Below, in pieces: positions 50,594 to 60,794 of a stretch of DNA of 64,000 nt. Source of the DNA: Parasphingorhabdus sp. (GTDB lineage: Bacteria > Pseudomonadota > Alphaproteobacteria > Sphingomonadales > Sphingomonadaceae); assembly GCA_036963725.1 (NCBI GenBank), contig JBALUX010000001.1, positions 10,349-74,348 on the forward strand, read 5' to 3'. Within the stretch, counting starts at the first letter, position 1. The number at the start of each line of letters is the position of its first letter. The notes under the pieces were generated by a model. The model did not search any database. It saw only the letters and a program-made list of their open reading frames with translations, and was not told the origin of the DNA. Position numbers and translations under genes: made by a program.

Positions 50594-53488
50594 CTATTTG
50601 AACGAGAAGTGCGAGCCGAGATTTTTCCTGAGGTCGGAAATATCGCTTAATCTCGATGTGAGCGGATCGCCGAAATCGAAGTTGCGCCCGATATTGGCGG
50701 CAGGATTTGCCCAGCCAGCCCAGTCGCCCGTGTTGCTGCTAAGCGTCGTTGCTGCCCCGGGAGCTGCGAATGCCGCCACGCCATCCACCTGCGAAAAGGC
50801 GCCTCCAGAGCCGAAAGTATAGCTAAAGCCGGCGTGCGTACCGCCCTCTCCTGCCAGAAAACCTGTGATGATCGCATTGCATTCGCCATTGCAGATCGAA
50901 CCCGTACCATTGGCCTTCAGATTATAGGATGAGAAGCGACCAATGGCGTCCGCATCCATACCAACAGCCATGCCGCCATTGGTGGGGTCGGCGCTTCCAC
51001 CCGCAGTACCGAAGGTATAGCTTTCGCCGCGCATCTCCACTTGCGCGCTAACCCCGACCAGGGTTTCGGCACCGAAAGCGACGGACAGACTGCCTTCGAA
51101 GCTTCCCAGTCCCCCGGCGCGAACGCTTGGTTTGGTCGCTCCGATCAGGCTATAATCAACCTTGCCGGATGCGGGCAGATTGGTTGCCGGCGTTCCGGTG
51201 ACGATATGGAAGCCATTGCGGTCGATAAAGTCCAGACCCTCTTCATAGGCATAGAATTTCCCACCGGTTTTGCCGTCTGCCCAACGCGTCCAGGCGATAA
51301 TGTCGCCGGCTGCACCCGATTCAAATTCTTTTGCGGTACCAATGTCAGGATTTTCCTCCGCGCTGGAAACATAGCCGGTCGGGGCACCGCTGGCGCCATA
51401 GGTTACCTGGCCCAGCCGTCGGTCAATTCCGACTTTCTCTCCTGCCGCATAAGAGATAAACTGGCTCTCGCGGACGGAGCCTGCCGGCGGAGAAACACCT
51501 GTTCCGCTAACGTCCAGCGCGAATATGCCCAGGCCGACAGCTTGCACGAAACCGGCTGAGGAGCTGTCATTGACGTTGAATGCCAGTCCCGCGTAAGCTC
51601 CGTCCGCCCCGTAAAGCTGGCCGCTCACATTGCCGTTGCAAGTGCCCTTGCACGCGTCGCCGCCAAACCCGGTGATCGCTACAGCACCACCAAAGGTCAA
51701 ATCGGACTGGATGACATAATCGGATTGTGAGGGATCTGCTGCCCCGCCGACCGTAGAAGTTTGCCACATATAGCTGCTGACATTCAGTTCCAGATCCCAG
51801 CCAATCGGATTTATCCCGCCTGCCGATATCGCAAGCATCCCGGAGAATGTACCGGGTGCCGCGCTACCGTCTGACAGGGTCACACGCGTCGAACCCGCCA
51901 GATCGTAGGTCAGCAGGCCGGACCGGTTGAAGGATGTCGATGCCGTACCCGACATGACATGAAAACCCTGATTGGGACCATAAGCGATCCCGTTGATCGT
52001 GCCATTCGTCCAGCGGGCAAATGCCACATCATCAAAGGAGCCAAATTCCGCGACTTCCGCGTCGCCCAGAGCCGTGGTGCCGTTGAAACTGCTGGCAAAT
52101 TTCTCGATCTTTCCTGCGGCCAGATCGACATCTCCCAGTCCGAAGTCCACCAGGCCGGTGGCCCCGAATGCGTAGGTCAGCTGGTTGCTGCGCGTTTCCG
52201 TCGGCCCCGGTGTCGGGGTAGGTGTTGGTGTGGGAGTAGGAGTAGGAGTAGGCGTGGGTGTGGGTGTGGGTGTGGGTGTCGGAGAAGGCGTAGGAGTTGC
52301 GCCGCCGGTACCGCCACCAAATTGCGGCGGAACAGTATAGCCTGCCAGACGGAACAGCCGGGCAATCTCGTCAACATCCAGACCTGGAGGAAAGGCGTTG
52401 GCGAACAGCAGGTCCACCAGTGCCTGGACCGTCGCATCACCGGGCGGGATCATGCCACCCGATGATACCAGAGCCAGCAAATCGGCGAGCGATCCGAAGC
52501 TGGGACCACTGCCGCTGATGCCCGTGACAGAATATCCGGCGGCGCCCAAAGCGCGCAGGAATTCTTCCAGCTGGAACTGTGAAATACCGGACGGTGCGCC
52601 ATAGCTCTGCAGATTGAAGAGCAACGCCTGTATTTGCGCTGGCGCCAGCCCGCTATAGGCTCCCAGATTGCCATTGCGGGCGGCCGTCAGGATTTCTGTG
52701 ATAAATTGCAAGGCAAGTGCAGGATTGAGCGCGCCCGTCTGGGCCTGGACAAGTGCCTGAAACTGAGCAGGCGTGGTCGCTGACTGCAATGTACCCGGCG
52801 CAAAATTCTGGGTTTGCGACACGCCGGCAAAGCCCAGCGATGTTGGCGTGGTCTGGCTGGCATTAGCAAGATATTGTGCCGCAGTTTGTTGCGCTTGCCG
52901 GACTTGCTGCAAAGCGGTCCGCCCGCCGCTGCGGTTCGGTTGCGCGCCTGCGGTCACCGTGGCCGATGGTCCCGAACCGGCGGCGGCACGAAAAGCGTTC
53001 CCGACGCTGAAATTTCGACTTTTGCCGTTGCTGGCAATTGCCATTGATCCCGAAAGCGCAAAGCCGGAGAAACTGCCATCCGACGCGATCTTGCCGCTGG
53101 CACTGCTGCCGGAGCGCAGGGTAATCTGGCTGCCATTGCCAGCCAATATCGGTTTTGGAGATCCGCCTTTGGGAGCAGATGCGGTAAAGCTGCCACTGGC
53201 GACTTCCAGCTGACCGCTTGCATCGATCGAATAACGCGCCGGCCCGACGATGCTCACCATTGTTCCGTCATCAAGCTTCAACTGCACCATACCCGACGAG
53301 ATTTGCTGGTCACCCGTGCCATTTTGGGCGGACGGGTTTCCGGCATTGGCGGAGGCATAAACCATCTCGGCACCCCAAACCGGCGAGCCGGGAATAAGCA
53401 GGGCCGCGAGGGTGGTCACCAAGGCGCTCGCACCGGCCAGTTTTACGTCGGTCAGCAAGCTGGTATTTCTCTGGTTAATCTGGGTCAA
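50594..53488 (-). CDS. Large exported protein: FecR-like N-domain, Pro-Thr linker, two TbpB-like handle/barrel repeats (probable Slam cargo)
   Basis: TTG start with GGAG RBS; QLKLDDGTMVSI; duplicated RWxxG...GFH..xG...Y.L.G.T modules; directly downstream of Slam-like gene. Confidence 0.65.
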   Translation of the reverse strand: MTQINQRNTSLLTDVKLAGASALVTTLAALLIPGSPVWGAEMVYASANAGNPSAQNGTGDQQISSGMVQLKLDDGTMVSIVGPARYSIDASGQLEVASGSFTASAPKGGSPKPILAGNGSQITLRSGSSASGKIASDGSFSGFALSGSMAIASNGKSRNFSVGNAFRAAAGSGPSATVTAGAQPNRSGGRTALQQVRQAQQTAAQYLANASQTTPTSLGFAGVSQTQNFAPGTLQSATTPAQFQALVQAQTGALNPALALQFITEILTAARNGNLGAYSGLAPAQIQALLFNLQSYGAPSGISQFQLEEFLRALGAAGYSVTGISGSGPSFGSLADLLALVSSGGMIPPGDATVQALVDLLFANAFPPGLDVDEIARLFRLAGYTVPPQFGGGTGGATPTPSPTPTPTPTPTPTPTPTPTPTPTPTPGPTETRSNQLTYAFGATGLVDFGLGDVDLAAGKIEKFASSFNGTTALGDAEVAEFGSFDDVAFARWTNGTINGIAYGPNQGFHVMSGTASTSFNRSGLLTYDLAGSTRVTLSDGSAAPGTFSGMLAISAGGINPIGWDLELNVSSYMWQTSTVGGAADPSQSDYVIQSDLTFGGAVAITGFGGDACKGTCNGNVSGQLYGADGAYAGLAFNVNDSSSAGFVQAVGLGIFALDVSGTGVSPPAGSVRESQFISYAAGEKVGIDRRLGQVTYGASGAPTGYVSSAEENPDIGTAKEFESGAAGDIIAWTRWADGKTGGKFYAYEEGLDFIDRNGFHIVTGTPATNLPASGKVDYSLIGATKPSVRAGGLGSFEGSLSVAFGAETLVGVSAQVEMRGESYTFGTAGGSADPTNGGMAVGMDADAIGRFSSYNLKANGTGSICNGECNAIITGFLAGEGGTHAGFSYTFGSGGAFSQVDGVAAFAAPGAATTLSSNTGDWAGWANPAANIGRNFDFGDPLTSRLSDISDLRKNLGSHFSFK
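52207..52298 (-). repeat. Coding (Pro-Thr)n linker repeat
   Basis: 6-bp periodic GGTGTG/GGAGTA run encoding TPTPSPTPTP... Confidence 0.9.
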
Positions 53489-53519
53489 GGTTTGTCTCCC
53501 GATGAATATTTTGTTGAAA

Positions 53520-54851
53520 CTAGAAGTTCAGCCGAACGCCGACCGATGCGGTCCAGCGATCGTAATCATAAAGGCCGATATTGCTGTCGTTGCGGGTATA
53601 GGTGACGCGTGGGCGGACGCTCAGGGCGTCGGTAAATTTGTACCGGACACCAAGCGACGCATCATATTGCGTGTCCTTGCGGCCTCTGAGGAAGAGCGGA
53701 TCGCGTGCATCATAGTCACGGTGCTCGACGCTGGCCCCGGCGATAATCGCCGCCTTGTCGCCCAGATCGAATTCACCGCCGAGTTGGGCATTGACGAAGG
53801 CATAGCTGAGCTGGTCGGCGCCGCGACGGCGGGTTTCCTCCTTACCACCGCCAATGCCTCCGTAGATCCTGTCGTCAGCATAAGTGATACTGCCGGAGAA
53901 ACGCTCTGCATCCTGCAGCGGGTTGCCGTCATAGTTAAGCCGGAAATATTGCCCGCTGAACGACAAGGCGCGGTTGTCCGACAGCCGCTTGGTATAGCGT
54001 ATATCGCCGCCGACGCTGGTCCGGTAGCCGCTGTGACCCAGCCAGAATCTCTGGCCCTGTCCGGACAGGGAAATGACATCGCCATTGGCAAGGCTATGGG
54101 CAATCCCGATTGTGCCGACGGCAGACGCCTGGTCGACAAAACGTGTGTCGACATTGTCTCGCCAGTTGCCCAGAACCGAGCCGAACAGGCGCGTCTGGCG
54201 ACTAAGCGGTGTCGAGCCGGACAAGCCGCCCTGCATCTGGTAAAATCCGGCATCCTGTTCGCGCGCTGGCCCGTTCAATGTGGCAGGTCCGAGAAACGCG
54301 AAGAGCGGTAAAGTGATCGAAATCGCGTCGGTCGCGGTATTGATGTTGCTGTCATACCCGCCTTCTACGTCGAGATAGCCGGTAATCTCCGATGCCCCGC
54401 CGGCGATCTGTTGGTCCAATGTCCTGACCAGACCATCAATCCGATTCCGCACCGGATCCGGAATGGATGGGTCGCCGCGAACCGTCGCGAATTCGGCGCG
54501 TGCTGTATCGATATCACCGGCCACGGCGTAGGCCCGGGCCAGTTCGGCTTGCGCTCGCGCATTGTCCGGTTGCTGCGCCAATATCCGCTGGAACGCGATG
54601 ATCGCTTCGCCATGGCGACCGCTTTCCAGTGCGGCCAGACCAAGCGCGAGATCATAATCCGGTTGCCCGGCGCGATCGGCTTCCCGGAGTTTGAGTCCGG
54701 AATAGGCCGCTTCGGCCTGCCCCGCACTCAGTTGATCCATGGCATTTTTGACCTCTTGATCGCTTTGTGCCGATGCCGGCGCCGAAGCGAGCACGAGCAA
54801 GCAGGTGTTTAAGGCGATTGTCGACATCGCGACAACTTTGGAAAAGCGCAT
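53520..54851 (-). CDS. Slam/DUF560-like outer-membrane protein (TPR + beta-barrel; T11SS)
   Basis: Signal peptide, TPR (PDNARAQAELARAY), GGYDSNIN, NDSNIGLYDYDR, terminal Phe. Confidence 0.8.
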   Translation of the reverse strand: MRFSKVVAMSTIALNTCLLVLASAPASAQSDQEVKNAMDQLSAGQAEAAYSGLKLREADRAGQPDYDLALGLAALESGRHGEAIIAFQRILAQQPDNARAQAELARAYAVAGDIDTARAEFATVRGDPSIPDPVRNRIDGLVRTLDQQIAGGASEITGYLDVEGGYDSNINTATDAISITLPLFAFLGPATLNGPAREQDAGFYQMQGGLSGSTPLSRQTRLFGSVLGNWRDNVDTRFVDQASAVGTIGIAHSLANGDVISLSGQGQRFWLGHSGYRTSVGGDIRYTKRLSDNRALSFSGQYFRLNYDGNPLQDAERFSGSITYADDRIYGGIGGGKEETRRRGADQLSYAFVNAQLGGEFDLGDKAAIIAGASVEHRDYDARDPLFLRGRKDTQYDASLGVRYKFTDALSVRPRVTYTRNDSNIGLYDYDRWTASVGVRLNF

Positions 54852-55138
54852 TCAGGCCCCCTGTAACTTCATTGAATATGAAAATTGGATAGGGCAGCCA
54901 GACGCCATAAGCTTGTTACAAGCGCCGATAGGAAGATGACAAAAGCGGTTATATGGCAGATGCCCGGATCAAGCAGCCGTAGGCCTCGCTCGGAGACGGG
55001 CGCGTTGATCGGCAGCTTTACCGGAAGCGGGCTCCGACGCCCTGTTCATCAGAACGAGAGCGACGCGGTCGAGAATGAACACACCGATATGCTCTTATCT
55101 CACGGCCTGACGATGCCTCGACCGATCATAGAATGCAC

Positions 55139-56308
55139 CTATGCGGCACAATCCAGGCGGGGTTCGTTCTGCGTCAGTTTCAAATCATCCCGTTTATATA
55201 CGTCGGGAAAATAGCTGATCGTGCCGTCCTCCGCTCCCTCTGCCGTAAAATAGGCGATGTAGATCGGGATCGCTTTCGTCAGCGACAATTTGGTGGTTTT
55301 CCGGCTGGCCAATATTTCGTCAATCTGTTCCGGCGTAGCGGCTCCCGCGAGCAATGTCTTGTCCAGATCAATGGCCCCGCCTACCCGGATACAGCCGTGA
55401 CTGAAGGTCCGTACCGGCTTTGAAAACAGGTTCTTGTTTGGCGTGTCGTGCAGATAGACGCTGTACGGGTTCGGCATGACCAGTTTCATCTGCCCGAGCG
55501 CATTGCCCGGTCCGGGGCGCTGGCGATAGCGGCCATTCTGCAAGACATAGCCTTTCCGCCGCGCCGCAGCCGGATTGTTGCGCACCATTGATCCAATGCC
55601 TTCCGCGACAATCGAGGTCGGGATTTCCCACCAGGGGTTCAGGATCACGCCGCTGACCGTCGCTTCAAAAATCGGCGTTGGCGACTTGGTCTTGCCGACG
55701 ATAACCGGCCAGCTTTTGAGTTTCTGATCATTTTCCCACAAGCTCACTTCGAAACTGGCGGCGTTTACCAACAGATATTTCTGCCCCATGACCAGACGCA
55801 TCCAGCGCCATCGTTCCATGTTCAATGCCAATGTCGCGCGCTTTTCTGCATCCATTTCTGTCGCATAGGCTTCACGCAGCGCCTGATAATGGGGATTGCG
55901 TGGCCGAAGCGCTTCAAAATAGCCGACAAGGTCATTGCGAACCAACGCCTTCAGCAACAATTGCTGCGTATCGATATAGCGATCATCGCTACTGATATTC
56001 CATTTGGCTTTGGCCGAAGCCGGAGAACATCCCTCGAGATAAGCCAGCATCAACTCGTTCGCAGCGACCGAAGCCAGCCTCGACCGCCGATAGGGATCGC
56101 TGGCAGAATTTGGTTGGCTGAAATCGCTGATGGTGCAGCTTTCCAGACCCTCGGATGCGCGCGTGTCCACCAGTTGCTGCAATTGTGCGATTTGCGGCTC
56201 GGTCCAGATCAGATGATCCCGGACATCCTCTTCTGCTTGATCAACTGGCTGCGCAGCGGCGGAGGCAGAGAGCAGAAATCCGCTCAACATTGCTATAAAT
56301 ATTTTCAT
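55139..56308 (-). CDS. L,D-transpeptidase (YcbB/LdtD-like)
   Basis: NMERWRW, IVGK, NPWWEIP, YLHDTP, SHGCIR. Confidence 0.9.
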   Translation of the reverse strand: MKIFIAMLSGFLLSASAAAQPVDQAEEDVRDHLIWTEPQIAQLQQLVDTRASEGLESCTISDFSQPNSASDPYRRSRLASVAANELMLAYLEGCSPASAKAKWNISSDDRYIDTQQLLLKALVRNDLVGYFEALRPRNPHYQALREAYATEMDAEKRATLALNMERWRWMRLVMGQKYLLVNAASFEVSLWENDQKLKSWPVIVGKTKSPTPIFEATVSGVILNPWWEIPTSIVAEGIGSMVRNNPAAARRKGYVLQNGRYRQRPGPGNALGQMKLVMPNPYSVYLHDTPNKNLFSKPVRTFSHGCIRVGGAIDLDKTLLAGAATPEQIDEILASRKTTKLSLTKAIPIYIAYFTAEGAEDGTISYFPDVYKRDDLKLTQNEPRLDCAA

Positions 56309-56392
56309 CTGATTCCCCTTCAGCCTATTGGCCAACACGACAATAAGTATTGATACTTAATCCTGGGTACAGGAAAAATCTGCTATGCACGA

Positions 56393-57037
56393 ATGATGAA
56401 CAGAAGAAATTTTATCACCGCCAGTCTCGTCGGCCTAACCGGCGCGGCTTATGGGATCAGTACCCGCTCACAAGCCGCCAGCAAGATTGCGACGCCGTTA
56501 CCGGCCCGTCCAAAGACCGTTCCGCAACCCGGTCCGCTCGGCTTGATGGACCGCGCCAAGGCAGCAATGGCCTCCCATGAATCAACCTTGCTGCACACCG
56601 ACAGGATCGGTATTGCCGACTATTCGTTGCACTCCGCCAAAGAGCGCTTCCATATTGTCGACATGGCAAACGGAACGACACAGTCCTTTCTGGTCGCGCA
56701 TGGCAAGGGTTCCGATCTCCGGCACACCGGCTGGCTGCAGGAATTTTCCAACGTGCCGGGGTCAGAAGCCTCCTCCGGCGGCAGCTATATGATCAGCGAA
56801 ACCTACGTCGGCAAGCACGGCACATCGCGTCGCCTGAAAGGTCTCGACCCGAGCAACAATATGGCTGAGCCGCGCGCGATCGTGATCCACGGCGCATGGT
56901 ATGCCGAGCCGGAAATGGTTGAGTCACATGGGAAACTGGGCCGTAGCCAGGGCTGCTTTGCCTTTTCCGAAAGCGATCTGCCGGTCATATTGGAACGACT
57001 GGGACCGGGCCGCCTGCTCTACGCCGACAAGGTGTAA
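56393..57037 (+). CDS. Tat-exported murein L,D-transpeptidase catalytic-domain protein (YkuD_2)
   Basis: NRRNF Tat motif, VAHGKGSD, IVIHGA, GRSQGCFA. Confidence 0.88.
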   Translation: MMNRRNFITASLVGLTGAAYGISTRSQAASKIATPLPARPKTVPQPGPLGLMDRAKAAMASHESTLLHTDRIGIADYSLHSAKERFHIVDMANGTTQSFLVAHGKGSDLRHTGWLQEFSNVPGSEASSGGSYMISETYVGKHGTSRRLKGLDPSNNMAEPRAIVIHGAWYAEPEMVESHGKLGRSQGCFAFSESDLPVILERLGPGRLLYADKV

Positions 57038-57198
57038 CGGATAATTCGAGCCGGACCTTCGCGGACCTTGCTATATTGCGCCCTTGGCAATTCCATAGCT
57101 CTCCCAACATAGGCTACCCTGCAACGCCACCTCGCTGCCCCCTGCCCGCGCGTGCTCGTTACAGAGCATTCTCGCGCGGCCAGAAGCTTTCGGGTTTT

Positions 57199-57795
57199 CT
57201 ATTTCTCGTCGGGCCATTTGATCGAGGGTCCGAGATCCTGCAGGACCTTGCGGGCATCAAATGCACGCGAGGTATCGGCGGGCATCGAACCACGACGCAT
57301 CACAATATCCGCTTCGGCTTCATAGCGCTCGACAGTCCGGACATCGGTATCGAACGACCAGAAGGGATCGCGGCCATAGGGATGCCATGTCGACCAGACG
57401 CCGCTGCGATAATAGCGCCAGTGCGGACGCCAGTTCAGATAGATCGACCCGTAATAAGGTTCGTAGCGTGGGGACCGCTCGATAAAGGTTCGGCGATCGG
57501 TTTCGGTCGTATGGTCGGTTATCCGGAACCAGTCATATCCGTTCTGAACCGTGAGCTCCGCTGCCCGGTATAAGAGATAGCCTTCTACAGTATCACGCGA
57601 AGTCAGCGTATTTCCGGCAAAGCGGACGCGATAATGCGTATTGTCTATGCGATTTTCCGAATAGCCACCGGAGACACGCTGTCCGGCGATTTGGGGCTGA
57701 TAGGGCGTTGCGGTTGCACAGGCGAACAACAACAAAGTCATCAGCAGCGCGCTTGCCCTGGCAGCGGCTTTGGTAATCGTTGCATGATCCGTCAT
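57199..57795 (-). CDS. Conserved lipoprotein (CC0125/CC1285-like)
   Basis: LFAC lipobox, TPYQP, GGYSE, FAGN..T, LLYRAAELT. Confidence 0.8.
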   Translation of the reverse strand: MTDHATITKAAARASALLMTLLLFACATATPYQPQIAGQRVSGGYSENRIDNTHYRVRFAGNTLTSRDTVEGYLLYRAAELTVQNGYDWFRITDHTTETDRRTFIERSPRYEPYYGSIYLNWRPHWRYYRSGVWSTWHPYGRDPFWSFDTDVRTVERYEAEADIVMRRGSMPADTSRAFDARKVLQDLGPSIKWPDEK

Positions 57796-57869
57796 GGTCG
57801 GTCCTCCTGATGTGGCCGCTGCAGCGGCTGGTAAGATGCCATTCTCGGAGTGGGGCGTTGATTTGTCTT

Positions 57870-57917
57870 TACGTAATTATTCGTAAGGCCAGTCAGGCCG
57901 GTCCGTAACAATACCTA
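57870..57917. promoter_or_regulatory. Two copies of a TACG-N8-CGTA-like operator
   Basis: TACGTAATTATTCGTA (57870-57885), TCCGTAACAATACCTA (57902-57917). Confidence 0.5.
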
Positions 57918-57978
57918 TCGCCGCCAAACTCTCTCCATCCTAGAAAGTCTGCAGGCAATAAGCTGATGGGAGAATGAA

Positions 57979-58422
57979 ATGCTGGTGCGCAAGGATAGCA
58001 AGGTAATCGCGGTAGACGGTTCCCGCATGGCCATGTTCAAGAATATCGGCGAGGCTTTCGCCCCGGTTCTGGAACTGATCGAGGAGCATAAGAACCCATC
58101 GCTGCGCACTTCGGAACTCGGCACGGACAGACCCGGACGGAGCTTTCAAAGCAAGTCTCCCAGTCGAGGCGCACATGAGCAGGTCGATTTGCAACAGCAG
58201 GAAGAAGACCGCTTCGTTCAGGAAATGACCCAGCGGATCGAACAGATCATGTCGGGATCAGACGCAGGCATCATATTGGTTGCCGCGCCGCGCGCATTGG
58301 GCGTTATCCGGAAGCATATGGGTTCTGAAACCAGCGCGCGATTGCTGGCGGAAATTCCCAAGGACTTTGGACCGGATGACAAAGAGCCGCTGGCAAAAAT
58401 GCTCGCCAAATATGAAGTCTGA
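57979..58422 (+). CDS. Host attachment protein (AtsE/baeRF12-like)
   Basis: VDGSR, LGTDRPGR, LVAAPRALG, EIPKD. Confidence 0.85.
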   Translation: MLVRKDSKVIAVDGSRMAMFKNIGEAFAPVLELIEEHKNPSLRTSELGTDRPGRSFQSKSPSRGAHEQVDLQQQEEDRFVQEMTQRIEQIMSGSDAGIILVAAPRALGVIRKHMGSETSARLLAEIPKDFGPDDKEPLAKMLAKYEV

Positions 58423-58554
58423 CAGTTTGTTCGGAGCTGCGCGAATTATATACTGAATCACTGATTGAATGAAGCGCTCGCCAAAGTTGAAGAGCTTGCA
58501 AACGGGCGAAGAAACTGATCTCCGCCCGTTCGTAAATCTGCGATAAGACTGACG

Positions 58555-59154
58555 TCAGGCTGCGGGACGATCAGCCGTAAGGTCAAATTCCAGCAGCATG
58601 AGCGTGGGGTCGCCCGGAAAGCATCGCGCAGAAAAGCCCATTTCCTTTTCGAGTTCGATCGCCGCATGATTTTCGCGAGCTTCGATTGACTGAAGTTTCT
58701 TGATTCCGCTCTTGCTCGACTGATCGATCACATATTTCAGGAAAGTCCAGCTCATCCCGCGATGCTTATAATCGCTGCGTACCGCGAGGGCGACTTCCGC
58801 TTCGGACTTGTCTGCGCTGGCACCCACCATCGCGCTGGCGATGATGGTCTTGTCGTCTATATCAAAAGCCAGATAGTCTTCCTTGTGATCATGATCGACG
58901 TCTACCAGATCGTCGAGCAGGGCACCTTGAACTTCCGGGACCGCGGACAGAAAGCGGAACCGCAAATCTTCTTTTGAAACATGGGTGAAAAATTCTGCCA
59001 ATGCTTCCTTGTCCGATGGCTCGACCGGCCGGACATGAAATTCAAAACCGGTACGGGTGGTCAGCGGTATGCTGTTGCTCACGACAACGGCATGGTCAGG
59101 GCGGATCGGCTTAGCGGGTGAAGGTTGCAGGAGGGATGATTTTGCTTCGGACAT
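58555..59154 (-). CDS. GNAT acetyltransferase-like protein
   Basis: EDLRFRFLS, AEVALAVRSDYKHRGM, LEKEMGF. Confidence 0.85.
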   Translation of the reverse strand: MSEAKSSLLQPSPAKPIRPDHAVVVSNSIPLTTRTGFEFHVRPVEPSDKEALAEFFTHVSKEDLRFRFLSAVPEVQGALLDDLVDVDHDHKEDYLAFDIDDKTIIASAMVGASADKSEAEVALAVRSDYKHRGMSWTFLKYVIDQSSKSGIKKLQSIEARENHAAIELEKEMGFSARCFPGDPTLMLLEFDLTADRPAA

Positions 59155-59231
59155 GAGAGTTCCTTTCAAAGCGCTTGGGGAAATTAAAATTCAATGTGCC
59201 AAATATATCCGGTCACGCAGAATGTCCGCCA

Positions 59232-59275
59232 TCCGTAAACCAACGTATCCCCGCAAATATCCGTAATGCTCCCTA
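59232..59275. promoter_or_regulatory. Three clustered copies of the same operator-like motif in a divergent promoter
   Basis: TCCGTAAACCAACGTA, CCCGCAAATATCCGTA, TCCGTAATGCTCCCTA. Confidence 0.5.
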
Positions 59276-59352
59276 TTGACTCCATCGGCGTTTATCCGGT
59301 CTGTCAGCGTCTCACCGTTCCAGCAATTTTCCTTCCATCCGAGGCATTGGTA

Positions 59353-60651
59353 ATGACGCATATTGACGCATATAAATCCCGGATCAGGACTGCCGCCGAA
59401 GCGGTGCATGGTTTACGACCCGGCGCGCATATGGCGATGGGCATGGCTACCGCTGAGCCGCCGGCACTGCTCGGCGCGATCGCGGACATGGCGGCGAACG
59501 GAACGGTCGACGATCTCAAGCTTTGGTATTTCCATTCTATGGATCATGCTGGTGATACGGTGTTGCGCCCTGACCTGCTCGGACGGATCCGTCCCCGCTG
59601 CATGTTTTTGAGTTCTGTTGACCGTAAATTGCTCAGCACAAAGCAACCGGGCGAGAAAAGTCCGCTCGAATTTGTTCCGGTCGCTTTCAGCGACTCCCCC
59701 CGGCTATTTGAGCAGGAAGTGTCACTCGATCTTTTTGTGACGACCGTCTCGCCGATGGACAAGCATGGCTGGTTCACCTTTGGCACCAGCAACGACTATT
59801 CCACCACCGCCGCTCGCAATGCAAAGAGGCTGGTGGTCGAGGTCAATCCCAATATGCCACGCGTGTTCGGCGCTTCCCTGCTCCATGTTTCGGAAATCGA
59901 TGCGATTGTTGAAAACAGCACGCCGCTAACCGAAGTTCATCCACCGGAAATATCTGCGGTAGACGCCAAGGTAGCCGCTATTATCGCGGACATGATCGAC
60001 GACAGGGCCTGTCTGCAAATGGGCATAGGCGCGCTTCCGGGTGCCGTTTGCGCCTTGCTCCATGATCGCAAGGATCTTGGCATCCATACGGAGCTGATGA
60101 CCCCTGCCCTGGCCGAACTTATCCATTGTGGTGCGGTCACCAATCAGGCGAAGACTACCTATCGTGGTCGCAGCGTCTTCACCTTCGCCATGGGTGACCG
60201 GGCTTTTTATGATTTCCTCGATGATAATCCGGCGTTCCACAGCGCGCCGGTTAATATCGTCAATGATCCCCGCCATATTGCCAAGAACAGGAACGTCGTT
60301 TCGGTCAACGCAACGCTGCAGATCGATCTCGGTGGCGCGTGCAATTCGGAACATATGATGGGGCGGCAATATAGCGGATCGGGCGGCCAGCTCGACTTCG
60401 TGCGCGGCGCGACCGCATCGAAAGGTGGCAAGTCAATCATCGCCTGCCAGTCCACGGCCCGCAACGGTACCGTTTCACGCATTGTTCCCCGGCTGGACGG
60501 ACCGGTCACCACCCCCCGCAACGACACGCATATCGTGGTGACCGAATATGGCGCGGTCGACCTGAAGGGCAAATCACTCCACCAGCGGGCAGATGCACTC
60601 ATCGGCCTGGCCCATCCAAAATTCAGGGATGAACTGGCCAACGCTCTGTAA
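59353..60651 (+). CDS. Acetyl-CoA hydrolase/transferase (4-hydroxybutyrate CoA-transferase type)
   Basis: EVNPNMPR, LQMGIG, GIHTE, SGSGGQLDF, VTEYG, AHPKFR. Confidence 0.92.
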   Translation: MTHIDAYKSRIRTAAEAVHGLRPGAHMAMGMATAEPPALLGAIADMAANGTVDDLKLWYFHSMDHAGDTVLRPDLLGRIRPRCMFLSSVDRKLLSTKQPGEKSPLEFVPVAFSDSPRLFEQEVSLDLFVTTVSPMDKHGWFTFGTSNDYSTTAARNAKRLVVEVNPNMPRVFGASLLHVSEIDAIVENSTPLTEVHPPEISAVDAKVAAIIADMIDDRACLQMGIGALPGAVCALLHDRKDLGIHTELMTPALAELIHCGAVTNQAKTTYRGRSVFTFAMGDRAFYDFLDDNPAFHSAPVNIVNDPRHIAKNRNVVSVNATLQIDLGGACNSEHMMGRQYSGSGGQLDFVRGATASKGGKSIIACQSTARNGTVSRIVPRLDGPVTTPRNDTHIVVTEYGAVDLKGKSLHQRADALIGLAHPKFRDELANAL

Positions 60652-60794
60652 GATCAATGCCTTTACGGAGAGTAAGGAAGAGGGGCCTGCCCTGCTCTGC
60701 GGCAGTTCCATGGAAGGATACGTAATCTCCCTGATATGGTTACAACCCCTCGCCTCCTACCCTAACCGCTTTCCAACCGGGGCAATGCGAGCCA

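Noticed and set aside
52207-52298. Tandem repeat as CRISPR or contingency locus
   Set aside because: In-frame Pro-Thr linker with synonymous codon variation; no spacers or cas genes anywhere in the window.
57858-57871. FNR/FixK box
   Set aside because: Only the TTGAT half matches; the right half (CTTTA) is too divergent.
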